Source of the DNA: the human T2T-CHM13v2.0 reference genome, Homo sapiens
Assembly: GCF_009914755.1 (NCBI RefSeq)
Contig: NC_060934.1
Length of the DNA: 64,000 nucleotides
Strand: one strand, 5' to 3'
Shown piece by piece: positions 15,058 to 30,483 of this stretch (positions are counted from its first letter, which is position 1; each line of letters opens with the position of its first letter). A model generated the notes under the pieces. The model saw only the letters and a program-made list of their open reading frames with translations, was not told the DNA's origin and did not search any database. The translations under genes were made by a program, and so were the position numbers.

Positions 15058-16339
15058 TTGTCTTGTAAATTTTAATAGTTAATTTATGTTTATTTCATTT
15101 ATTGAGAAGTTAGTGGGGTCTTCTGAATTTGGCATGCACCATCCATAATTATCTGCTGTTCCTGGGCACTTATATAAATGAGGTGAATGGTGGCAATAGT
15201 GACCTAAAGCAGGAAGTCCAGATAACCATGCTGGAGAAGATTCTGTTGTACAATGTAAATGAAGCTGGCAGACCATCAAGTACTAATGAGCCTAGAACTA
15301 TTTGCACAATATTATGGAAAGGCCCTAAAACTGAGTGTTCTCTACTATGTAGTTGTAATAAAGGAATTTCCACTTCTGTGGCCAAAACACTAGGAAAATC
15401 TATTAGAATATACAAAACAAAGGTCTTCAGAAGTTGAACCACATACAGTACAGTATTGTGATTCCTAAGATAAAACATGAGATTAGCCATAGGGCTGCCC
15501 AGTTTACTTCTTGGAGGTAGTTTCCTAACTGCAATGCAGGAAAGGGGAATCCGAACAGAGCCAGGTGGAGTTTTTCCATTTAGAAAATATGATTTGAGTT
15601 CAGGGATCCCAAAGCGGCTCAAATATGTAGAGCAGGCTACTGTAGAGGAATGAACTTCTTGGAAAGACAGTTGTGGAGATCTGAAAGTCCCCACTTGAAT
15701 CCTTAAATGCATATTAAATTGCAATTGTGTGAGAGGAAACAGCCACTAGAATAGAGCAGACAGGACCCTTTTCAGCACTCAAATAGGGCTGGGAATAGTT
15801 TATGTGTTTACCAATCGTAGGAACAAGAACTCATAATACAAGAACATTAGGTAAAAATTATCAGATAAGTGTTGGATTAATTGTGGGAAAAAGTTAGTCT
15901 GAAATTAAAAGCATTCTTAACTAACCTGAGAAAAAATTAACAGCCAGTCTTGGAAGGACCAAACTAATTTCAAGTAGCTTAACTACACACCATAACAAAA
16001 TGAATTGTATTTAATGGAATACAACAGAGCCCAGCACTCAGGGTGCAAAAATTTTAAATACCCAGAATCCAATAAAAATTTAAAGGCATGAAAAGACTTA
16101 GAACAATTTAACACTATAATTAAAAGGAAATAATTCAATAAAATTGATTCAGAAATGGCAAAGATGATAAAATTAAGTGACAACAGTGAGAAAAACAGCT
16201 ACTATACAAATGTTCCATATATTCAAGAGAGCAGGGGGAACCATAAACGTGATAAAGTAGAAGGAAAAAGTTTAAAAGAAGTCCAAAATAAAATTACGTG
16301 TGGAGAAAAGTAAATAAACAACTTTAAAATATATTAATT

Positions 16340-16534
16340 GACATGACGAAACCCTGTCCCTACTAAAAATACAAAAATATTAGCCGGGCTTGGTGGCAGG
16401 TGCCTGTAGTCCCAGCTACTTAGGAGGCTGAGACAGGACAAGTGCTTGAACCTAGGAGGCAGAGGTTATAGTGAGCTGAGATCATGCCATTACACTCCAG
16501 TATGGGTGACAGAGTGAGACTCCATCTCAAAAAA
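16340..16534 (+). mobile_element. 5'-truncated Alu
   Basis: End of left arm, linker TACTAAAAATACAAAAA and right arm. The tail merges into an AT-rich tract. Confidence 0.9.
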
Positions 16535-16832
16535 TATGTATATAAATATAAAATATATTTGGATATATGATGTATAATTTTATATTGCAATATATTTACA
16601 ATATAATATATAATTATATATTATAGTAATCTCATATTATAGTAATCTATACTATATTATAATATATAATTACATATCATATTTATATATTGTATATAGG
16701 TATATATTATGTATTATATATAATATATAATTATATATTATATATTACATATAATTATGTTATAATATATGATTATATATCATGTTACATATTATAATAT
16801 ATATTATGTATTACTATTATATATTATATATA
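16535..16832. repeat. AT-rich low-complexity (TA-type) tract, left part
   Basis: Nearly pure A/T with tatat/ttata motifs. Confidence 0.9.
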
Positions 16833-17060
16833 TTTTTTTTATTTTTATTTTTTTAATTATACTTTAAGTTTTAGGGTACATGTGCACATTGTGCAGGTTA
16901 GTTACATATGTATACATGTGCCATGCTGGTGCGCTGCACCCACTAACGTGTCATCTAGCATTAGGTATATCTCCCGATGCTATCCCTCCCCCCTCCCCCG
17001 ACCCCACCACAGTCCCCAGAGTGTGATATTCCCCTTCCTGTGTCCATGTGATCTCATTGT

Positions 17061-20911
<3,851 letters not shown>

Positions 20912-20947
20912 TTAGTTGATGCAGTTTCTTCCTAGTCTCGATGGTCT

Positions 20948-21964
20948 TTATATTTTGGCATGATTTTGCAGCGGCTGGTACCGGTTGTTCCTTTCCATGT
21001 TTAGCGCTTCCTTCAGGAGCTCTTTTAGGGCAGGCCTGGTGGTGACAAAATCTCTCAGCATTTGCTTGTCTATAAAGTATTTTATTTCTCCTTCACTTAT
21101 GAAGCTTAGTTTGGCTGGATATGAAATTCTGGGTTGAAAATTCTTTTCTTTAAGAATGTTGAATATTGGCCCCCACTCTCTTCTGGCTTGTAGGGTTTCT
21201 GCCGAGAGATCCGCTGTTAGTCTGATGGGCTTTCCTTTGAGGGTAACCAGACCTTTCTCTCTGGCTGCCCTTAACATTTTTTCCTTCATTTCAACTTTGG
21301 TGAATCTGACAATTATGTGTCTTGGAGTTGCTCTTCTCGAGGAGTATCTTTGTGGCGTTCTCTGTATTTCCTGAATCTGAACGTTGGCCTGCCTTGCTAG
21401 ATTGGGGAAGTTCTCCTGGATAATATCCTGCAGAGTGTTTTCCAACTTGGTTCCATTCTCCACATCACTTTCAGGTACACCAACCAGACGTAGATTTGGT
21501 CTTTTCACATAGTCCCATATTTCTTGGAGGCTTTGCTCATTTCTTTTTATTCTTTTTTCTCTAAACTTCCCTTCTCACTTCATTTCATTCATTTCATCTT
21601 CCATTGCTGATACCCTTTCTTCCAGTTGATCGCATCGGCTCCTGAGGCTTCTGCATTCTTCACGTAGTTCTCGAGCCTTGGTTTTCAGCTCCATCAGCTC
21701 CTTTAAGCACTTCTCTGTATTGGTTATTCTAGTTATACATTCTTCTAAATTTTTTTCAAAGTTTTCAACTTCTTTGCCTTTGGTTTGAATGTCCTCCCGT
21801 AGCTCAGAGTAATTTGATCGTCTGAAGCCTTCTTCTCTCAGCTCGTCAAAATCATTCTCCATCCAGCTTTGTTCCGTTGCTGATGAGGAACTGCGTTCCT
21901 TTGGAGGAGGAGAGGCACTCTGCGTTTTAGAGTTTCCAGTTTTTCTGTTCTGTTTTTTCCCCAT
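20948..21964 (-). pseudogene. L1 ORF1p, disrupted by a nonsense codon
   Basis: MGKKQNRKTGNSKTQSASPPPKERSSS...EMNEMK* (stop at 21577-21575, consensus Arg CGA>TGA). The frame continues in ORF 20948-21508 (RPNLRL...NHAKI). Confidence 0.95.
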
Positions 21965-22850
21965 CTTTGTGGTTTTATCTACTTTTGGTCTTTGATGATG
22001 GTGATGTACAGATGGGTTTTCAGTGTAGATGTCCTTTCTGGTTGTTAGTTTTCCTTCTAACAGACAGGACCCTCAGCTGCAGGTCTGTTGGAGTACCCTG
22101 CCCTGTGAGGTGTCAGTGTGCCCCTGCTGGGGGGTGCCTCCTAGTTAGGCTGCTCGGGGGTCAGGGGTCAGGGACCCACTTGAGGAGGCAGTCTGCCTGT
22201 TCTCAGATCTCCAGCTGCGTGCTGGGAGAACCACTGCTCTCTTCAAAGCTGTCAGACAGGGACACTTAAGTCTGCAGAGGTTACTGCTGTCTTTTTGTTT
22301 GTCTGTGCCCTGCCCCCAGAGGTGGAGCCTACAGAGGCAGGCAGGCCTCCTTGAGCTGTGGTGGGCTCCACCCAGTTCGAGCTTCCGGGCTGCTTTGTTT
22401 ACCTAAGCAAGCCTGGGCAATGGCGGGCGCCCCTCCCCCAGCCTCGTTGCCGCCTTGCAGTTTGATCTCAGACTGCTGTGCTAGCAATCAGTGAGATTTC
22501 CGTGGGCGTAGGACCCTCTGAGCCAGGTGTGGGATATAGTCTCGTGGTGCGCCGTTTTTTAAGCCGGTCTGAAAAGCGCAATATTTGGGTGAGAGTGACC
22601 CGATTTTCCAGGTGCGTCCGTCACCCCTTTCTTTGACTCGGAAAGGGAACTCCCTGACCCCTTGCGCTTCCCAGGTGAGGCAATGCCTCGCCCTGCTTCG
22701 GCTCGTGCACGGTGGGCGCACACACTGGCCTGCGCCCACTGTCTGGCACTCCCTAGTGAGATGAACCCGGTACCTCAGATGGAAATGCAGAAATCACCTG
22801 GCTTCTGCGTCGCTCACGCTAGGAGCTGTAGACCGGAGCTGTTCCTATTC
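21965..22850. promoter_or_regulatory. L1 5'UTR with sense promoter (minus strand) and antisense promoter (plus strand), CpG-rich
   Basis: Position within L1 and retained CpGs. Antisense splice-donor-like GT at 22527, 22612 and 22675. The YY1 motif at the extreme 5' end is absent. Confidence 0.75.
22420..22494 (+). pseudogene. L1 antisense ORF0, truncated at codon 25
   Basis: ATG at 22420 gives MAGAPPPASLPPCSLISDCCASNQ, then TGA at 22492-22494 (consensus Arg). Confidence 0.85.
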
Positions 22851-23720
22851 CTATATATTATATTTAATATATTTTAATATATAATATATTACTGTAATAT
22901 AATTTATAATATATTTAATATATTATAATGTATTATGTAATTATATATTATATTATAATATATTATGTAATTATATTATAATATACTATGTAATTATATT
23001 ATAATATATTATGTAATTATATTATATTATAATATATTATGTAATTATATATTTTATAATATATTATGTAATTATATATTTTATAATATATTATGTAATT
23101 ATATATTTTATAATATATTACGTAATTATATATTTTATCATAATTATAATATAATGTATTATATATATTATAAATATATTTTATATATACGTATTTTCTG
23201 AGATGGAGTCTTGCTCTGTCACCCAGGCTGGAGTACAGTGGCATGGTCTCAGCTCACTGCAAACTCTGACTCCTGGGTTTTATTTATTTTTATATTATAT
23301 ATATATATGTATCTTTTATTTATTATATTATATTACATATCCATTATAGATAATGATATATTATGATATATAATAAATATATTTTATGTTTATGTTTTAT
23401 ATCTTATATATAATAAATGTATATAATTATTATATATTATAAATAATATATAATTATATGTATTTATATAATATTTAACTATATACTATGAACATATAAG
23501 AATATATTCTATAATATATCACATAAGTATATATTTTCATATATTTTATATATAAATATTTATATATTATATATTTTTAAAATATATATATTTTATGTAT
23601 AAGAAATATATTTATATAGTATTATTATATACTTGTATATTATGTATAATATATAACATATTATAATATATAATAAACATATTTATATTAGTATATATTT
23701 ATATATATTATATATATTAA
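22851..23720. repeat. AT-rich tract with a 23-27-bp minisatellite (ATAATATATTATGTAATTATAT[T/ATTTT]), interrupted by an Alu fragment
   Basis: Repeated units at ~22925-23135 and near-pure A/T to ~23720. Confidence 0.9.
23194..23279 (-). mobile_element. Alu 3'-end fragment (~85 bp)
   Basis: GAGATGGAGTCTTGCTCTGTCACCCAGGCTGGAG...TCCTGGGTT. Confidence 0.9.
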
Positions 23721-24024
23721 TTGAGAGATAACAGAAGATGAACTGTATAGAGGAAACTGATTCTTCCTGTTTTGTTTTATCTAAGTTTTCCCCAGACACC
23801 AAGGGCAAGTAAGGAAATTTTTTTTTTTAAGAAATTCACAATACACCAGTAGAAAGTGTAAAATTAATTACAGATTAAAAATATAAGGAAGTGATCCAAG
23901 CATCGGTAAATCTTGAGACAACAGCATGTGTCATAATATACATGAAATAGAGGAACCAGAAAATTGGGGAATACAGTAAAAACACTCATAGAAACAATGG
24001 TTATTTTGTGATGAACATGATAAA

Positions 24025-24235
24025 GCAGGATTGGCACAGTGCTAACTGCAGGCCAAATTCAGTGTGAAGCCTACTGTGTATGGCTTTTTAGCTATAAATT
24101 AACTTTACACTTTTGTTGGGAAGAAAATGTACACTTTTTTATGTGTACAGAGACACGATGTGGCTACAAAACCCAAAATAGATACTATTTTGTCCATTAC
24201 ACAAAGAGTTTGCTAGTCACTGTGATTAGCTAATC
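24025..24235. mobile_element. MER58-like hAT fragment
   Basis: gcaggccaaattcag...tgtggctacaaaacccaaaata...gagtttgct. Confidence 0.5.
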
Positions 24236-26232
24236 ACTAGTCACTAGTACCAATTTAAAGGATAAAATGAACCACGAACAAAATAAAAATAAAGAAAAAC
24301 ATGCCAAGAAAACTTGTAATCTAATTGACAAAAATTAATAAAAATAAGAAACTCTTCAGACAGCTAGATTAAAAATGAAGAATTATCTGCAGATGACTAA
24401 ACGTAAGAAAGATAGAATTTCTTCCAAAATGATTTAAACCAAGAAGATATTTGTTAATATGCTGATGGAATAACAAAACAAAATAAAATATGTCAACTGA
24501 ACATTTTATACCAGGTGGAAATGTCTTTTAAAAATAAAGAAACAGTAACATTTGTAAAGAAAAAAAATAGCTGGAAGAATTTGTTGCCAGCAAGTCTGCA
24601 CTACAAGAAATGTTAAATTAAGTTCTTGACACAGAAGAGAAATAATAACAGGTGTAATTTGAATCTACACAAATAACACTGGAATACTAAATGCACAGAT
24701 AAATATAAAATATTTTTCTCAGTTTATTATCAACTTCTTAAAAGATTATGGTAATAACATGTGTTGTAAATGTCTAATGTATCTGTGATAGACTGGATGA
24801 TATCACAAAGTATGGAAAACATAAAGAGAAGTAGTCTGTAGATGTGTATAGCTTACATTACCAAGAAAAATGTATAATATATTTGGCTGCAGACTTTGAC
24901 AAGTTAAAACTGTGGTGTACTTTTGTACACCCTAGAGTCAGTACTAAAAGTTTGTGTGTGTTGTGTGTATACATATGTAGATGAGTGTGTAAGTATGCAC
25001 ATGATATGAATAAGAAAACAAATTGTGGAGGTAAAATTAAATAATTTTTGAAAAACAAACACTATAGTCAATACAACAAAAAACTGGAAGAGAAAGGAAA
25101 TAAGAATACATGGGACAAACTGCAAAATGTAAATATAACCAATACTTATTGATTAAAAACCAATTAAATGTAAAAATCACCAATACAAAAAATGAAAAAG
25201 AAGCTATCGCAACAAACTTTACACATACTAAAAGGACAATAAGGGAATATTACAAACACATGGGTATCTGTAGCGTGACAAATTATGTAAAGTGGCAAAT
25301 TATTTGAAAGCCACAAACTACTAATGTTTCTTCTAAAAACAATTGAAATATTTAATAGTATGCACCATATTTATATCTGAGGGAGAGAAAGAAAGATATT
25401 AAATAAATGAAATTTGTAGTTAAAAGCCTCCCAACAAAGAAAACCCCAGAGCTAAATGGCTTCTCTTGAAAATACCAACCCTATTAGAACTCTTCCAAAG
25501 AATGAAAGAGAGAAAATATTCTAATTTATTTGATGGGGCCAAGTTCTACTTAATACCAAACCAGACAAAAACATTACAAGAAAAGAAAATCACACACCAA
25601 TCTCCCTCATAAATATAGGAACACAAACCCTCAACAAAATAGTAGCAAATTTTATCTAGCAATACATTAAAAAAAATATTATGACCTAGTCATATTTATC
25701 CTGAAAATTCAAGGTTGATTTAACATCTAATAAAGATCAATGTGATTCTCCATAGCAACATAATAAAAAAGAAAAATCAACCATCTAAAAAGATGATATA
25801 AAACATTTGAAAAGAGTTAACATCCATAGTCATGGTGAAAAGCCTCAGCAAACTAAGATAGCAGGACATCACCTCTGATTAATAAAAGACTTCTACACAA
25901 TATCTACAGCTATCATATTTAATTAACATTCCTGCTGAATAGTAATGAATATTTGTTCTTGAAGTTGGGGAAAAACATTAAGTGTTTAACATATTTAATT
26001 AATATATTTAATTGTTAAACACTTAATGTTTTTCCCCAACTTCAGGAAGAAAGAAAATATGTTCACATTTTGCTATTCGATATGATTCAGCAGGACTTAT
26101 CATCTCAATAATGCAAGAAATATACATAAAAATTGGTAAGAAAGAAATATAATTGTCTTCAGAATAACGTGATGGTGTAGAAAATCCCAAAGGATCTAGC
26201 AAAAATTCTGTAGAGTGCAGTAAGAAACATAT

Positions 26233-26772
26233 TGTGGCTGTAAGATTAATGATCGCCATAAAGCCTGTTTAGATATCTCACTGGGCCTACACTATGTGTC
26301 ACTTAGCAACATCATGCAACCTGGCCTGGGAATTACAGGGCCTCTATAATAATGGGACCTAAAAACCTTGGTTATCCTAGAGACAAGGCTTCCTCAACAT
26401 GAATGAAACTTTTATGAGCCTTAAAACAAAGCTTACCTTTACAAGAAAAGATTAACTTCTTTTTATGAGAGAAACACCTGGTAACTGATCTGGCCTAAAT
26501 ACAGGTATAAGAAAGGTGGAAGAATCTTTCAAACTCTAAGAAGAGTCTTCTGACTGAAACCCTCCTGGTCAGGAGGTCATCCGACCCCTGACTGTACTTG
26601 GCTCATGCCACAGGTCTACTCCTAGTATCCATCTTGTAGGAGCACTGACAGGATAAACTGCTTAAACATCGGACGGTGGCTAAGATTCATCTTTGATGTG
26701 AATTGGACGGAAGGGGAAAAGTCCATGAGGAAGCTGGTTAACCAGAATCACTCAAGAGCTCTGAGTGTGGCA
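26233..26772 (+). mobile_element. Solo LTR-like element (family unresolved, probably ERVL-type) inserted in the old L1
   Basis: TG...CA bounded block of higher GC interrupting L1 ORF2 text, with an ATAAA-like signal near 26654. Confidence 0.55.
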
Positions 26773-28033
26773 ATAGTTATCAGACCTAGAAAGTCAGTTT
26801 AGCAAGGTCAAAAGGCACAAGTCAATGGAAACAAATCTGTTGTATTTCTTTATACTAGCAATAACAATTGGACACTAAAAGTTAAAAAGAATCACTTATA
26901 ATATTACAGAAATTCATGGAATACCTAAATAATATGAAATGCATGTATATCTAAGCAAATATGTGTAAGATTTATATGCTGAAAAAAACACTGATTTTAA
27001 AAATCAAATATGGCCTAGATAAACAAACCCATATTCTGTGCTTATGGGCTATAAAAATCAATATTATTAAGATATTAATTCTCCTGACTCTGATAATGCA
27101 ATCATGATAAAAAAAAATTACTGCAGGATTTTCGTAGGTATCAAAAAGCCATTTCTAAATTTTATATGGAAAGGCAAAGTATGTAGAATAGCCAAAATAA
27201 TTTTGTAAAGGAAGAACAAAGTCAGGGAACACAATTTACTTACAATCTATTCTAACTAAGTGATTTCTAAGATGCCCCTAATGGTCGCAGGAGTGAAGCC
27301 GTTGAAAACCTAGGGGATTCTAAGCAAGGATAATGATTGACATGGTAGGACTGCATTATGTAGGTTGAAGGGCCTTATTCACTAGAGGTGCACTGCTAAT
27401 TTTGGATTGTGAGCATCTGCCTTGGCCCTAGCCTAGTTCACTGCTTACCTGTGTCCTTCTGGACCTCAGTGCTTTCACTCTGGCCCATGAGTCAGTAACA
27501 GGTTGTCAGGCACTGCAGACACCTTGCAGTTTACCAATGAAGCTGTGCTTATTTGGGCCCTTCCTTTTGGCTTTCCACACACTTCTCTTCCTCAGCTGGT
27601 AGATTTCTACTATCATTCAAGGCACAGATCAAATATCTCAAATTATTCTTACTTTCTTTCCATTTAACACAAACTTCCCCATCATGTCTAGCTTCTGGTG
27701 AGACCCTGGGACTGAAACTCAGTTGATCAGTTTCAGTGCTTCACAGCTATGAAGCCCAGTGGACCCAAAAGTGAGACCAATTGCAAAGGTTCCCATCCTC
27801 CCTGTGTGTCTTAACACTGGATCTACATACGTTATTAGAAACTAATGGTGCATTTCATGTTCTCCAATTTCCCTGTACTAATGGTCTGCTTTAGGAGCAA
27901 TTCAGGAAATTAGAAAGAATCACAATGCAGAATATTCTCATTCCTCAACAGCTTTTATGTTATCAGGGAAATTTAGCTCTACCCTTCAAAGAAACAAGAT
28001 AAAACAAAATCTCAGAGGATCTGAGAATGTGGT

Positions 28034-28039
<6 letters not shown>

Positions 28040-28072
<33 letters not shown>
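28040..28072 (+). repeat. (GT)n microsatellite
   Basis: Direct reading of the sequence. Confidence 0.95.
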
Positions 28073-28075
<3 letters not shown>

Positions 28076-29819
28076 CACACAATTTTTTTTCTCATCTTAG
28101 TGTCTGCCAAATATAAATACATTCCCAGGTTACCAGGTCCAAGTTTAGATGCTTAATCATTTCCTTTTTGCATGTAAAATGTCATAACACATTCATAAAC
28201 TTGAAAAATAAAGTCCCAAATTTAAAAATGCAACTTTCAATTTTCCCCTTAATGGCTTTGCTTTTTACTTCTATATACATCTCATTCAGAGTAGGAAACA
28301 ATGGAATACTGCTCTTTTGTTTGTTTTTTTAGATGGTCAGTACAAGTGCTTGGATGTAATAACAAATACACTCTTTTGGTACCAAGAAATAGCTGTTAAT
28401 TTATCAACTCTGCATTATTTATTATGCTTAATACCAGTGCCATGGACCTTCATACCTGGAATTTAGTAAAACAATGGAAAAAAGGTATGGATTCAAATCT
28501 GGGAAATGCATTATGTGCTCAGGGCTAAGAAATAGTAGGATATGCTATTCTAAACTTACACATAGGACACAATGATCTGTTAGCAGGTAAACCAATTAAT
28601 CACCAGATTGCCTCATTTTTACTGATTTTTATTCCTATCACTCCAACCTCTTCATGAGCATCATCTTCTATTATTCTTGCATACTTTATGTCAATCCATT
28701 TTTTCACCTTTATTCTAACTTCACATTTATCTTTCAGTTAGTGTAGAAACTAGATTTGTACTTGTATTAGGTTCCAGACACTCTTGGAGATTTTCAAACA
28801 CGGAGAGCCTGAAAATTTACTTCAAAGATCTCACAACATGGTGGTAGAACTGGACACAACACGTGCACATTAAACAATTGATGGATAATTTACAAAGCAA
28901 CTGTCAACAAAACAAAATAAGGCACTTGAATACATAAGTATGCCAATTAATTGTGACTTTGTGCTATTCTTGTTACATTGTTCCATCATCATGTTATTCC
29001 ATTCAGAGCATAACGTTTTCAAGTAGTGGGGATAATGATATCTTGCAGAGACACATGTGGCTTATCTCAATAATAATTATGTCATTGTTTCTTTTATTCG
29101 TACAGTAAATGATTATTAAAACAAATCCTTAATGAGTTGAAACTCATAGTAATTCATCTCCAGTTTCATCTCACGCAGAGCTCTAAAGATTCATGAATAG
29201 TGATGGGCTAGAGTTTTTACCATGCTTAGTGATTCCTTCGATAGAAGATGTTATTTTAATATAAGATTACTATAATGAACCACCTCCTGAGTATCAACAG
29301 ACATTCACAGACTCACAGGCACAGGTAATGACGGAAATGTACCATAATGAATATTTTGTATTAGAGTTTAATTACCAAGGCAGGAACTTGGTCTTTGATG
29401 ATTTTTTAATAGAAGGTAGAATGTTTTTCTAATTTAGCATTTTTCAGTTAAAAAAGCTCATTAACCACAACATTCCATAGTGTAAAAGATCATCCATGTG
29501 AGATAAGGGTTAAAGATATGAGAACTACATTTTTAATAAAAGCCATTGTTAGACTGTTACATTTTTCCTTGATGCTGATGTTTCTCTCACACAATAGATG
29601 GTGCCTCATGCCAATCTGTCCTAACTGTGCGGTAGAATACTAACCCTTATTGCCTCCCCCAAACATAGGAAGACTTGGCATCACTGTACTTTGTACTAGG
29701 GCTGTTTTGGTTGCTGCCAACTTTGAGAGATGAAATTAATCTAAGAAAACTGAAGCTGAGTCTAGTGCCTCAAGGACGTAGAGAATTTATTACTTTGAAT
29801 ACAAATCTCTAGGTCCTTG

Positions 29820-30341
29820 TGTTACCAGTGGAGGGTCTTGACTAGGAGTTCTCCGGGTCCTTGGCATTTTGAATAAAGGATTGAACAGAACGCACAAAGG
29901 CAGAGGAATGAAATGCAGCAATGAAGCAGCGAAAGCAGAGATTTATGAAAATGAGAGAGCACTCTACAGGGTGGGAGTGGGCCCGAGCAAGGGGCTCAAG
30001 GGCCGCACTGCAAAGTTTTCTGGGCTTTAAGTACTCCTTGTGAGGCTCTTATCCCCTACTCCTTATCTGGATGAAGGATTTGTCTGTGACTAATTAAACC
30101 CTGAGGGGAATTGGCACCCTATGCAGATAAAGGGATGGTCCCTGCTTGGACCATGGCCAATTGAAGGCACTCTCCCTTTCCACCTGAGACATAGTGGAAG
30201 GAGGAGGGTTGTAGGGAGAGTAGCCTTTGATCCTTTGTTACTTGGAGTGGGGAGATGGGGGTTTTCCTTCTGCTTTAGCTTTAGGAAGTTTGTGTTAATT
30301 GGCTTAAGTTCTCTGCCTCCAGACCCTAATCTCCTGCCTCA
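29820..30341 (-). mobile_element. Solo ERV1 LTR, MER51-like
   Basis: The minus strand begins TGAGGCAGGAGATTAGGGTCTGGAGGCAG and ends CACTGGTAACA. 4-bp TSD CTTG at 29816-29819 and 30342-30345. Confidence 0.85.
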
Positions 30342-30424
30342 CTTGAGATTTGACATTATGACCCACAGGAAAGTGATCTAACCCTCTCCACAAGGAAAGT
30401 CTCAATGCCCTGGACTATTGGATA

Positions 30425-30480
<56 letters not shown>

Positions 30481-30483
30481 TCT
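30425..30483 (+). repeat. Compound (TCTG)n(TCTA)n microsatellite
   Basis: Direct reading of the sequence. Confidence 0.95.

Noticed and set aside
15129-15724. Overlapping 102-aa and 184-aa ORFs
   Set aside because: No recognisable homology, non-ATG starts, and partial overlap with old L1M sequence. Consistent with chance ORFs.
22925-23135. Repeat array as a CRISPR-like structure
   Set aside because: Units are adjacent with no unique spacers, context is eukaryotic, and there are no cas genes.
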